Assembly (NCBI GenBank): GCA_045837725.1
Contig: JBEWZL010000260.1
Location: 186,001 to 250,000 of the forward strand
DNA: 64,000 nt
Reading direction: 5' to 3'
Source: Vermamoeba vermiformis
Taxonomy: Eukaryota
Made by a program: the position numbers and the translations under genes. This document shows positions 24,394 to 40,343 of this stretch, in pieces; within the stretch, counting starts at the first letter, position 1, and every line of letters begins with the position of its first letter. Below the pieces are notes generated by a model. It did no database searches, had not been told where the DNA came from, and saw only the letters and a list, made by a program, of their open reading frames with translations.

Positions 24394-26578
24394 ATGATGA
24401 AGCACCTCATATTCGTTATATTTTGTTTGACCATCGCTCAACTAGTAGCCGCTGATTTCAGCTTCGTGGCGAATACAAACTTCTACGCTACGGATTTCGC
24501 AGCGCTAGGCTCCAGTAATGTAAATTCATCGGGCCTTAAAATCACCGAACAAGGTGATCCTACGGGCGGTGTAATATTATACAACCAAAAGCTTCCACTG
24601 GCCAACGGATTTACAACAACTTTTATTTTGGATGTTACGAACTGCGACAGTAATTATGGAGGCGCCGATGGGTAATTATTATTATAACTTTACTGCTATA
24701 TATTTATTGATTCGTATTAGCTTTACCTTTGCAATGTTTCCCGAGATTCCACCTCGAACCTCTTACTTCTCTGGTGGCAGCGGCCTCGCAATTACTACGC
24801 TAAAAAATTATGCAGCTATAACTTTTGTATTAGCAAGTGATAACATTGGAATTTGCGCCATGTAAGTACCTCCGATCCAACGCCGTTTCTTTTTTACTTT
24901 GCTAAAACTCGTTTAAAAAAATTATAGGAATTCATCTACTGACTTAGGAGGCAACGCCGTATCAGTTATTGATAATACAGTCCTCTGCGAATTTAACAAT
25001 ACACTTACAAACGTATTGAAAAACCTTCGGTGCTCCGGACCTCATACTATCAACATTAAGTTCACCGTACCTGATCAATGGGAGGTAAGCGTCATATATA
25101 TGAAGGAGTGAACATTTAATTTGCCTAATTTATATAATTTTCAGTCTTTTAACCGCCAATTTAATTTACAGTGTAACCGAACCTTTAATTAATTGAACAA
25201 GCCGTTTTCTGCTTAGGCTAGAATTCTGTATTAACAGTTGTAAATTAATATTAATGTTTCTTAGGTTACGATCGATAATTTTGTAACGTATTACTTTACG
25301 CGAAACACGACCGAGATCTTGGATTGGAACTACCAAGCATATGTAGGTTTCACAGGCGCTGTTTCTCAAGGTTATATGAACCAATATATCACTTCTTGGT
25401 CGCTGAATCTCACACCGGGTAAGACAACGTCACATCCGAAACATTTTATTTTGGATCTCGGCATCATATGAAAATTATGTAATAATAATACTTTTGTAGG
25501 ATGCCTTGGAGTATGTGATCCTATTGCTACATGCAATGTAGGCCAAACAGTTTCTTGTACATGCCCGCAAGGGTACGAAGGCAATGGTACAGTTTGCTTA
25601 CCCGGTACGTGCCTTAGCAAGCACAATAGGGAGCACTAATTAATATGTCATTTTAGTTAACCCCCCGGGTGCTCAAGTCATCCCAATTCTTGAGTGCTTT
25701 GAAGACTTGGGCTCTGGATCTTATCGCGCACACTTCGGCTACCAAAACACCCAAACTGACGCCGTGGTCATCCCAGAAGGCGCAGATAATCAATTGGTAG
25801 GCCGTTCTGCGACCAATTTGTCGAGTTCTTTTGCCCCTGGTAGATCTCGTAAGTTAAATTTACAAAAACTCGAATTTTTTTGATGAGCTGTTTTGGATGT
25901 GCCGCCAGATCAGATCTGACTTCATTTTTTTTTGTTAGCCTATTATCCACTCAGTGCGTTCAAGTATGAATTTAACGACACCAACACTGTCACGTGGCAT
26001 TTGACGGATTACGAGGTGACATTGGACGTTGCTGACAAAACGAAGTTGTGTCCCGTAGACTTGAAAGTTAAAATGTTCATTTACGTCACAATTCCCCTGC
26101 TGCCAGAACCAATCATTCGTTATCTATCGGAAGAAATTCAAGTGTCATTTGGACGCATCACACTTTTCAATCTCTCGTACGTTGATACCCTGAGCAAGAA
26201 ACGAGATCTCCCCATTGCGGATCTGGAGCTCGAGATTGCAAACACCAATTCGACTACAGAAGGCGAGCCTAGTGCTGCTGAAACAGTTTCGAACTTGGTC
26301 GATGTTTCTAAGAACACTACGAGAATGAACGAGATTGTCAATACGGATCAGTATACTACCACGAATGACTTTATCAGCACGAAAACAGTGCCGACAGGTG
26401 TTGAAACTGCTGGTCAACAAGTGGTGCCGCCAATAGCCCCTCCTGGTAGTACTACTGTGCCGTCCGCACAAAACACACCGACGGACAAAATACTCCGGTA
26501 AAACCTTCTAGTGACGCAACAATGCAGCTGTTCAACTGCTTCATTATACTCGCGAGTGTGGTGCTTGTTATTATGTAA
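24394..26578 (+). CDS. Secreted L-type lectin + EGF + PILEC-type domain protein, probably GPI-anchored (frameshift near 26482)
   Basis: Signal peptide; GFTTTF..GADGFTF..AYVGFTG..ITSWS (legume-lectin fold); CTCPQGYEGNGTVC (EGF); VIPILECFED..YRAHFGYQN; hydrophobic tail lies in a shifted frame. Confidence 0.75.
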
Positions 26579-26813
26579 TATATTTAATCGATTAAAACTT
26601 AATCTTACAAAACAAATTCGCAACACGAACAAGAGAATCTCGCTCACTAATTCTTAAGTTTGCGTTGTGTGCGTGTTTGGCTCTTGTTTTGATGTGAGTA
26701 GACGCATGTAATCAAAGATCTTTGCCTAGATTGCTCTAGATTTTTGTTGGCCTGATCCTCGTTTTTAATTTTGGCGCCCAAATCATTTTTTTGGAGCGCT
26801 GCTGGTAGAAGCA

Positions 26814-29337
26814 ATGGAAGGTAATATAAACAGTAGATATTTTCTTTACCACTAATTATTATGCAGATAAGGCAAATAAAAAGGAAAAGACAAAGAAGAA
26901 AAACAAGGCGCCATCTAAAAACAAAAAGAATAGTAAAGTGTCTCAAAATAAAATAATAATTATTAGTAGTAATAATAAGTTCTATTAGAAGCCCAGGCAG
27001 AGAAAGAGCCTATTTTTCTTGAAACGAAAGGTACAGAATAAATTAAAGTTAATTCTAGGACTAACAATTTGTTGAAGGAGTCGATGCCAATACACCAGTG
27101 TATACTCCTCAAAAAAAACAAAATATTACTTCTATTTTCGAAACAAGTGATGGTCTCACATCTGGGGTAAGTACCCAACCGGGCAACTCTCTGGCTAACT
27201 TATATTTTAGTCGTCGTTCCAACCTACATCCTCTGGTGCCACTACGGAGACTTCTGCATTCGATTTAACGGATTATAATGTCGCTTTTTCCCCGGATCTT
27301 GAGCAGCTGAATCCTGCGGTTGTCGATTTGATCCGGCCGTTAGATGCAGCATCTCGCCTAAGTACTGAAGCGTCATTCCAACTAAGTCGCCTGAGGAATA
27401 GCATTAGGTTCCAGAATGAAAAGCGAGGCAATTCATTGACGTGGATCGAGCATCCATTGTACTTGGACGAAGAAGTAATGGAAAACGTGAAAAGAAAATT
27501 ATTAAGAACATTCGATGAAGAGAGTATTGATAACTTAGAGGGCATTCAGCATGCTTTATCCGTGGAAGGTGCTGACGAGAACGATTACAGCGAAGATTTT
27601 GCGTACTGGTTCTTCGTTCACTTGCACAAGATTACCAAATATGGCAAAATAACAGAGGATAGCGAATGGACGAAGTTGATTAACTGTATCGCCCTCACCA
27701 CCAACTTTTACGTCGACTTTTTTTGCCCAAAGCTGTTCCAGATTTGCTTTGACTCCGATTATGGCGTATTTTGCGCACCAAACTTTGTCGTTCAAAGACG
27801 ACCAGATTTTGCAATGGTAGTTACCGTTGGTACCATCATTAACAAACCAAAGCGGTTGATTGCGTGCATTGGAGAAGCTGCAAAAGAAGGGTTTGAGGGC
27901 AAAATCCACAAAGACCGAGAGAAGCTAATCAAGTGTATGCGCGTGTGCATTGACGACCAGCTCAATCACGTGCCATTAAAAAAGTGTCGCGTCATCGGTA
28001 TCCTTCATGGTATGACTTTCATCGCAACCACTATCACAGTTGCTAATTACCTTGTAGGCGAGACACAGGTCAAGATCTACGAAATGAAACCAGTGTTGAC
28101 TACGAAGTCAAAGATACTCATTTACGATGTTTATCCTCTACACGATGGCTTGTTAGACTTGGGCACCGTGCAAGGTCTATCAATGTTCTATGGGGCATTG
28201 CAACGAGTTGAAACTCTTGTCAAACAGTTGAAAGACAATTTTCAGGACAAGCAAAGCAACAACAAGTTTGCCAAGCCACCGCAAGATCCATACATCGATC
28301 GGTCTTTCTCAGAGCATCGCACGGAGCCTCAAGACAAAAGAAGTGGCGGCAAAAAAGACAACAACAATAACAGAACAGACAATAATAACACAAATGACGA
28401 TAAGGCCGAAGACTCCGAGCCCCCACAAGACCTTGAAGAGAAGCTTCAATTAATGTTGAACGGCGCATTGACTGACATCACTTCTGGAGCTATCAGCGAG
28501 GTGCGAGTAGGCAAATTGATGGTCGATGGTCGAGTGCGTGAAGTTGCGTTGTTGCAGAAGATGAACAATTCCCTCGAATTGGAATTTCTTCGAAAATTTG
28601 ACCACCCGAACATAGTTAAAATGTTCAGCTGCTATTCCGAACCATACGACGGTAATTAATTACTTGTATAATAGTGAGAGTGTTCGTATTAGCTAACAGC
28701 CGTATAGGTTACACTGCCTACATTATTGCGCTCGAGAAGCTCGAATTCATGAAACGCACTCCGCGTACTCTTCGTGCACTTCAAATTGCTAGAGATGTTT
28801 GTGCTGGTCTGGTTTACTTACACTCGTTGAATATTATGCATCGCGACATCAATCCAAGGAATATTATGCAAGACGACACAGGCAGAGTCAAAATTATCGA
28901 TTTTAATTTGGCCGTGGAACTGAAGCCAGGAACACGCTGCTTTGAAGCAGAGGTTGGAACAGGTGGTTTCATAGCACCGGAAGTTGATCGTATGACTTCA
29001 TATGGATATGATTGCAAGGCTGATGTTTACAGCTTGGGACAGACAATACGATTGTTGTACATGAGACAGGTACGTCGTTGTTACTCCTTCAACATAATAA
29101 TATTATTAATTTAACTAGGAGAAGGATTATCCACCTTCAATACGCAAGTTAATTGACAAGTGCTCGTTGCATATGTTCCATCGTCCTTCTGCTAAACAAC
29201 TTCTCGAGTACATCAACAGCGCTATTGACGGATGCAACAACCGCAAAAGTGAGAGGCAAAAGAATAATACCGTTGCCGCACATACTCTATTGCAAGCTGA
29301 CAAAGAAAACTCAAATCCGAACTTAATAGTGGCATGA
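26814..29337 (+). CDS. PD-(D/E)xK restriction-endonuclease-like domain fused to a protein kinase (Crinkler-type effector architecture)
   Basis: Lys-rich N-terminus; RRPDF..IGEAAK..HKDREKL..MR..VIGIL; kinase HPNIVK, HRDINPRN, IIDFNLA, GTGGFIAPE, DVYSLG. Confidence 0.75.
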
Positions 29338-29644
29338 TATCTCATTAATGTTAATAGTGTAAATTTTGTTTTATAAATGTATCAATATTGATAATCCCGT
29401 TCATTAATGTAGTGTTTTTCGACGTTTCGACCAAGTCCAAAACAGTCTCAGCGGCACTTGGTTCACTTTGCGTGGTCGAATTTACTGCCGCTACGTCGAG
29501 TTCTAGATCGTGTAGCCAACGAGGAATTAAAATTCACGCGCCACGATTTAATTGGTAAGAGAACTGCAACTTTTTTGTTTGGCTAACAAAGCAAGAACTA
29601 GCACTCGAACACTCACAGACTAAACCTGTACTATTTTGGTGCGA

Positions 29645-31457
29645 ATGGTAAGTATTTTTCTCGATCTAGGCAACTTGGATAATTTTAAATCGGCTCAAAA
29701 AAATAATAATAATTATTTTTTACCATTAAATACTAACTGCAATCAAATATAACGTTTATGATGTCCACCAATTTTTTTGAATTTAAACTACTAATAAATT
29801 AAATATTCGTTTGACCGTAGACAGCCAATTAATATAATACTGTATTATTTTAGGATATTCCGAATGATGTTAAGAAGCTAATTATTCGACACTTGGATGA
29901 CAAAAGTCGTCGGCATCTGCGTGTAACAAATACAGCGTGGTTCAATCTGGTTCATTATGACCAATTTAAAGTCTACTTTGCAACGCCATTGACTCTTACC
30001 CAGCAATTATTGACCGCTTGAGCCAATATCAGTGGCAGATCGGCTTAACTTTTTTAAAGACGATCAACCTCACATCCAAGCACGTTAAAGAGCATCTTTT
30101 CAAACTCACGCAATTAACTTCGTTTGCATGTCACAATAACCTTATGGCTCCTAACGATAGTACAAAATGGTTGGATCTAACGATATTAACGAACTTGCAG
30201 CATGTTAGTTTTGAATCAAAACCGATACCAGAGGATCTGATCTACTATTACTCGAATTTAACTAGTATATCAGGAGCTCAAATAATCAATGTAAAGAATA
30301 CGAGAGAGAACTTATTCTCTTAATGCACAAAGATGGAACACTTAGCATTATCAGCACTAATCCCGCCAGAAACGAATCCACCAAAGATCGATCATTTGCA
30401 TCGACTAACATATTTATACGTCAATACGTCATCGTTAGTACTAGATGTGACAAAAATGACGAACTTGCGATATTTAGGTGCACCTTTTGTCCCTGGAGCT
30501 AATATTGGCAACCTTACAACGTTGGAGGCGTTAGTCGTAGGAAAAAAGGTTGTCGGAGATATTTCCGCGAACAAAAATTTGACCCATCTCTCGCTGGAAC
30601 TGCCACACAATGCACAGCACACAACCGTCCTCAAATCTCTCACGTCCCTGAAGATGTTGACATTAGAATTGATTAGTATATTCAATGCAAATATTAACGT
30701 CGATAATAATCAAGTGTTATTATCGATTCCGCAAAGTGTTACGTACTTGTCCGTGGAAGTGGCCGGAGATTTCAATATCAAGAATATTAGTCACTTGACC
30801 AATTTAAGGACATTAGAACTGGTCTCGCAAAACGAATTACAATACGAAGTGACAGCTGAAGACTTCAAACCCTTCTCGCACTTGACGCATCTGTCAGCTG
30901 GCGAACAATTCGCCGCGGTCAAATATCTCCCAGAACTGAGATATTTTTCAACGTGGGATTATTTTTCACTGAACGACGGCAGTACTATGGACGAATTTGA
31001 TCCAACTCTAGTTCCAAAATTAGAAGTCCTGTCATTTTCCAAGTCTATACCTGCTCGAGTTTTCAATAGATTAACAGCACTTCGTTCACTGAAAACACTA
31101 ATGATCTACGAAGAACCACACGAAGAGTTTGATTACAACGTGTTGACTTACATGGACTTGGAGGCTCTCCACATGAGTCCCGCCAAAATGACTAGAGCGG
31201 GTTGGCTTGCGTTGCAAAAACTCACTAAGCTAAATACATTGGCTATATCAACGAAGGAAGTTACAGAGGACTTGACACTTTTGACAAGTTTGACACGACT
31301 CACGCGACTCTTTGTTGGAAATGCGAAGCTCGAGCATTATTTGCCGTTCACTTTCCTTCAACTATTGTCATGCCACCCTCGCCTTACTATCTCGCGGCAA
31401 CTTTTGGACCAGAACTTTCCTTATTTGGCCTGCCATAACTTCTCGGTAGAGAACTAA
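29645..31457 (+). pseudogene. F-box + leucine-rich-repeat gene with two lesions
   Basis: MDIPNDVKKLIIRHLDDKSRRHLRVTNTAW (F-box) followed by LTNLRTLEL-type LRRs; frameshift near 29985 and in-frame TAA at 30321-30323. Confidence 0.7.
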
Positions 31458-31717
31458 CAAAGATAGTTGATCCATTGTAAGTAAAATTATCTTTTGAGAA
31501 CTATAATATACCTGCGAAAACCCTTCCAATTAATCAATATGTAACACATACGGGAGTTCCAGAGCCACCAAGCGGCAGAAAAAAATTATCGGAAATTTCG
31601 GACGGTCAATTTGACGTGGATCTGCCAGAAAACCATCGTTTTAATTTACATAGAAAATAGCACGATTTTAGCCATTACAAATTCAATCTTCACGACAACA
31701 CGACCACGCATTAAACA

Positions 31718-34247
31718 ATGTCAGCAACGTGCGCCGAATCCAACCTCAATCTGGCCATTGTTGGTAATTGTACCTTCAGTGCCTTAATTGATCGCTCCGC
31801 AACGGTTGTATGGAGGTAAGTTATTAATTAATATGACTCTAATGACCCTCTTTGCTTACCATACCATTATTTTAGTTGCATGCCTCGCTTTGATGGCGAT
31901 CCCGTTTTTTGCTCTTTGGTCAGAAAGAACCGAGACTTGGGCTACTGGGCCATTGAGATGGATAAACTCGATAGTGCCAGAACTCAGTAAGGATTAATAT
32001 AATCTTTAATTTAGTAGTAGTTTAAGTCAAAAATATCAGCTGAAAAACTTTGCAATGCTAGATCGCGTCTTAATTCCGACTTTAATACTCTTAATCCTCC
32101 TCTAAATATATTGTATTATTTGGTGTTAATTTGCGTATTATTTAGGCAAAGCTACATGCCCAACACCGCCATCTTGGTGACTAAAATGAGCGACTACCAC
32201 GGAAATTCAATGGAAGTGATCGATTTCTGCCCTCGCTACTCCGCTTACAATCGTGTGTATAGGTATGTTCTAATTTTCTAATTTAAAAGGAGTTTTACTA
32301 AGATATTGCAGACCAAACACTTTGGTGAGGATCGTTCGCCCCATCCATGGAGCGCCCCGTTTGAGAATCAAATTGTCGCCTACATTTGGGTAAGTTATGC
32401 TTTTTACGAGCATCTTGATGCTAGAAACTTGGCCCAGTTTAGCGCTAATTATTGGGATTAAAAGAAACCGATCGAATTTTCTTCCTTTATTTTTCGACTA
32501 ATTAATCCTTAAAATTGTATTAAATCGCCTAATAGATCCTTCTATATAATATTGAGTCCTAGTTTAATACTATTTTTAGATACGGCTGGGGTACTCCTGA
32601 AAGAACTCGAGGTAGCAATCACATCCGCTACATTTTGTCCAACGGTGCTATCCGTTTGACTACCAGCGCGCCCATCTCTTACATTATGAACGAGGTAATA
32701 TTAAAAATTAATTACATAGCTCAATGAATTTGATCTGAAAAAATATTCATTACCAGTACGCGACAAGATCTCGCTTTTTTTAAACTTTACTAATAATTAA
32801 TCGCTAGATTTTGTTCAACCTGGACGAGACTATGTACTTAGTATTGATGCCTGACGAGTCTTTGACCGACTCTGCGGCTGATTACTGCAACACTACCTTG
32901 GAGAAGACTAGGCGCGATTGGCAAGAGTGGGTTGCTACGCTTTCGGTGCCTATTGAGTACCAGCAGGTCGTCATTCGTGCCGCCATTACCCTCAAGCTAT
33001 CCAGCTACGAAGAGACTGGCGCAATTGTCGCATCCATGACCACATCCATTCCAAGATCTCCGAACTTCATTACGCCAAACGACTACCGCTACTGTTTCGT
33101 GCGCGACGCCGGTGCTGTAGTCCGAGCGCTCAATTCCGTCGGAATTACGAAGACTATGGAGGACTACTTGCGATTTATTTCAAATGCAATTTCTGGATTT
33201 GACGAGGATGGTAAAGAAAACTGGTTGCAACCTGGTAAGCATACAAAATACTATTTTTATCTCGATTTGGTCCTAATTGCCATTTTTAGTCTACGGTATC
33301 GGATCTGAAAGTCGTCTGCATCCTAAACCGATCAGCCGCTTGGCTGGTTACCGCGGATTTGGTCCTGTGGTGGTCGGTACTAAAGACTATCAACGCAAGC
33401 AGAATGATATCTACGGCACGGTCATTCTGAGCTTGACTCAAGTTTTCTTCGACGAACGTTTGGATGTCCGACTCGATCAGCGCAACCAGTAAGCAAAATC
33501 TTAAAAGATGCTCAAAAAAATAATGCTAACGATATATACTCAGTTTGTTCCATTTGATGGAGAAGGTTGGCGAGATCGCAAAACAAGTCTACAAGCTACC
33601 AGACGATCGAGAAAACAACACTGCCGTTCACACTTACAGCGCCGTCATGTGCTGGGCTGGCTGCGACCGTTTGAGCAAGATCTCTAAGCGACTTGCCAAA
33701 GAGGATCGCTTTGAGTACTGGAGCGGAGCTGCATCCGAGATCAAGGACTGGATCATCCACAACTGCTACAACAGTGAACTCAACAGCTTCGTTAGCGAAC
33801 AAGACGGCAAGACTGTCAGCACTTACTTGCTCTTGTTGCCTATCTTCGGCCTGATCAACGCTAATGACCCGAAGTTCATGGGTACCTTGGCACTGATCGA
33901 ACAACGACTGAAGAAAGGAGATTACTTGCTTCGCGTTGAAAATGACGACGCCTCGGCATTCTCACTCGGTTACGTGTTCTGGTACATCTCTGTTTTGCAA
34001 CGTGTCAGTCGAAACAAAGAAGCACGTGACTTGTTCGAGAGAATTTTGAAGCGTGCTAACCACACTGGCTTAGTCAGCGAAACTATTTGTGCGGCTGACG
34101 GATCCATGTGGGGCAACTTCCCTCATGTAAGTTACTTGCGGACCATGTATTACAAACGAAAATTAACTTGTTTTCCAGACCGCATCCACTGCTGGCATCA
34201 TCGAATGCGCGATGTTACTTAGCGAACCTTGGAGCTCCGTTATCTAA
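31718..34247 (+). CDS. Glycoside hydrolase family 15, bacterial trehalase-like; active site degenerate
   Basis: IVGNCTFSALID..CMPRFDGDPVF, RAAITLKL..TGAIVAS.TTSIP, DYRYCFVRDA, QNDIYG, HTYSAVMCW, GLVSE, WGNFP. Confidence 0.9.
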
Positions 34248-34379
34248 ACAATTACACGCACTACCAGAGTTTTACCACATTTAAAAGCAAGATACAAAAG
34301 CAATAAAAAACATTTAAAATGCAATTGACTTGTTTATTTGATTTGAATCTAGTAGCGATGGGCGTACTCGAAAGAGCTT

Positions 34380-37289
<2,910 letters not shown>

Positions 37290-37502
37290 TGCTTGTAATG
37301 TTGTCACGTAAAATAATTATCTAAGCGATAAAACCACGTTTATGTTTTGAAATAAATCCTAATCTCACGTAATTTCCGCGACTTTTTAGTTTGCGAACTG
37401 AAATTTCAATTGATTTTTTAACGCTTGCTAAGTTGGGTAGCGAAAGTCGATCTTTATGTACGTAGCTATATAAAACAAATAAATAGAACCTATTCACAAT
37501 CT

Positions 37503-39226
37503 TTAAGAGATAAGGCATCCACCAGAATCGCTATCGCTGTCGCTAGCTTTCTTCTTGCTCGATTTCTTATGATGTTGTTGCTGCTGTTGCTTTTGTGGCT
37601 GTCCTTTTCCGGACGACTTTTTCTTCTTTGGCGGCGATTCGTTCATTTCGTGGTGGAGTTGTAAAGCAACTTGTAGATCCGTTCTAAATACATACAAGCG
37701 TAAGTTACTACCACTCAAAGTACGAACAGAGTAGCGTATAAGCACTTAATTTGAATTTGAATTTGTAACGAAAGGTGGAAGAGTTTTGACCGTCAAATTT
37801 CTAATTTTTGGTGGGCAAATTTTGTCAGTACGTACGATAATTGAGCGTTCGGATCTTCATGCAACAAGGAAGGATCAATATGGTCGTCGGCAATAGGCAT
37901 CGTTTCATCGATGAACATGCCGCTCTTCGGTTGGAACAAGTTGTAATCATCATCAACGAACGTAGTGTCTCCGTCGATCTGATCCAAGACCTCCCAAACA
38001 ATACCTCGCTCTCTTAAGTAACCCTGATCAGTCACTAACAAATAGAGCTTGTCTTTGTGCTTGTACAGCGTTGAGAAATGATTGTTTCTGAAGAACACAC
38101 AGAGTTGCTCGTCTTGCAAACCTTGATGCAATGAAATAATGCCGTCTATAATAAATAATTATTAGATTATATTACGCCGATTAAATGAATGTAAGATTCG
38201 GTAGATCTGTTGAGAATCTTTTTTGTACGTACGAAAAGTGAGCTGGCTAGCAGTTTCTTCTAGCCAATGTCTGATCGTATTTACATCGCGCATAACTTCC
38301 ATTGAAGGCGATTGGTCGGTATTTACATTCTCATTGTTATTTACATTTGAGCTATTGTCAGAAGTAGATCCGCTTCTCTTCTTGACGGCAGGAGAACTAT
38401 CGATTTATGTATCATTAGTAGCTATATTATTTGTAATATTGATTACAATGTGCGTACCTGACGGACACTAGCTTCTCGACAGCTTGATTGTACGATAAAT
38501 TTGAGATGACCCCGAAATTATTCTTGTCTGCCGGATCCACGAGCCAACCCTTTAATTTTAAATAATATTAGTTAATCGTAATACTATGATCGCAATTAAG
38601 TAATGATCTGCTTACGTGAACGAGGCTGACATTCAGTAGATCAAAAATCAGACATTCTGTGGTAAATTCGAAATCTCTGATACTAACAATATTTGTTAAT
38701 TAGTATACCGAGCAGTATGGTATGTGCAGGCTTTTAATTTCAATTTTTCTAAATTTTGAAAACTTACTTTTTGAATTTTACATTGACGTCCAAGCCTACT
38801 TGGAGCTGCGGGAACATAGCAACAGTGTCTTGAATATTTTTATTATAATTTGCTTCTTCTTCGGCATTTGTAAACTATTGAAACAGAGTTGGATGTCAGA
38901 TGGAAAATTGCAGCGTACATAAATATTCTTGACTTTAAATAAATACGTAAATATTACCTTTGGTCTATTTTTTAATAAATAATCTCCTAATAAAGCCATC
39001 AAATCTTCCGATGAAATTTGGGAGTAGTCAGAATGGATGGTGATCGCGCCGCGTAACAATAATATATTTGCTTTAATTCGGGAAATATTAGTATTATTAC
39101 TTTTGAAATATTGAGGCGTATATTACCAATTGCTAACAGCGGACAAGGTCCGTTCACATTCTGTAAGCAGATCATCACTTCTCTGTCATTGAAGCGGATC
39201 CTTTTTAATCGATAACCTTCTGCCAT
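37503..39226 (-). CDS. MINDY1: MINDY-1/2 family K48 deubiquitinase with C-terminal CaaX
   Basis: QNVNGPCPLLAI, GLDVNVKF, HGWLVDP, ASQLTF, VFFRNNHFSTL, LVTDQGY; polybasic tail and GGCLIS*. Confidence 0.92.
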
Positions 39227-39365
39227 GAGTTGTGGTGTTATGTAATAATAATAAAAAATACAATTCGGTTATTTATTTGTGATTACAAGGCAGAAAATTC
39301 CCGGCTTTTTGCGTAACGGAACGAAACACGAAAAATTCGCGGAGAATTAGCCATCAACAAAAGAA

Positions 39366-39820
39366 TCAATACAAGTCGCTGGCATTGCTGTTACTATAGC
39401 GGGTGTAACAAGGTCTTCCAAGCTCACGGCAGCGCTGGCATAGTCTTGCTTCGTGAGGTTTATGGTTGTCAGGTGCTTTTTGGCCGCTTCTTTTGAGCTT
39501 CTCTGTGCGATCTGGGTAATTGGCTGCACTGCACTTTTTGCACCACTGGCACTTGCCTAAGAATGGATATTGTGTTAATCCTTGTAACCTCGCCAGCGAT
39601 TTATTACGTAATAAATCAAACCTTTCCAAGCGTGAGCACTCTGCCAACGATAACCACACTTAAAGCACTTGAAATAACCGTAAAACTTGCATGTATGATG
39701 CTCTCTGTGCTTATCATTAGGGAATACATAGCCACATTCTTCGCAATCTGTTGAAGTAGGAGATGTGACTCTCAAGGAAAACGCCGAGAAACTGGAAGTG
39801 AGTTTAGAGATGCTATCCAT
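39366..39820 (-). CDS. Small 3CxxC zinc-binding protein (ZCCHC24/ZAR1-type domain)
   Basis: FYGYFKCFKCGYRWQSAHAWKG|KCQWCKKC..YP..KPHEARLCQRCRELGRPC, plus an upstream CEEC..HREHH finger. Confidence 0.8.
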
Positions 39821-40151
39821 TATGGTCGTCGATTTGTTGGTTCTCTTCTGAATGGTTTGAGAAGTTCCAAAATATTGACACCTATCAACACAGCGCCGTG
39901 TCGAGAATACGGCGGCGGAGAAACAATGCTTCTCTCGCGCTCTCATTCAAAAATCAACGACAACATCGAATATTAGGAGAGAGTGCGGCTAATAATCGCC
40001 TATACTAATACACTCATCGACGTCGACTTGCGATTAAGATTAACACTACTCGTTCAAATAAACAGAAAGATAAAGATAAAGAGTTTATCTTTGAGTATTT
40101 ACACTTGATGTACAAAAAAAGAAAACGAGTTGGTACGCGCCTATTTTCAGC

Positions 40152-40343
40152 CTATTTCTTGCCTTTATGGAAGCGAGCGTCGTGGCCACATCTAGCGCAC
40201 TTGCCGTTGTCCTGGCTGACTAATTCAGAGCAGCTGCAGTGATGATGCACATCGTACGCGTAGATCTTCTGGTAGAAGAAGTGGTACTCGTCGGGGATGT
40301 CGACTGAGCAAACGGATGGAGGCAAAGCAACTTGAGAAGACAT
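40152..40343 (-). CDS. 63-aa Cys/His-rich small protein
   Basis: MSSQ..CSVD..HHHCSCSE..KCARCGHDARFH; biased codon usage; TATAAATA about 70 nt upstream. Confidence 0.6.
   Translation of the reverse strand: MSSQVALPPSVCSVDIPDEYHFFYQKIYAYDVHHHCSCSELVSQDNGKCARCGHDARFHKGKK

Noticed and set aside
30321-30323. In-frame TAA as evidence for an alternative genetic code
   Set aside because: TAA and TAG terminate nearly all other genes in the window.
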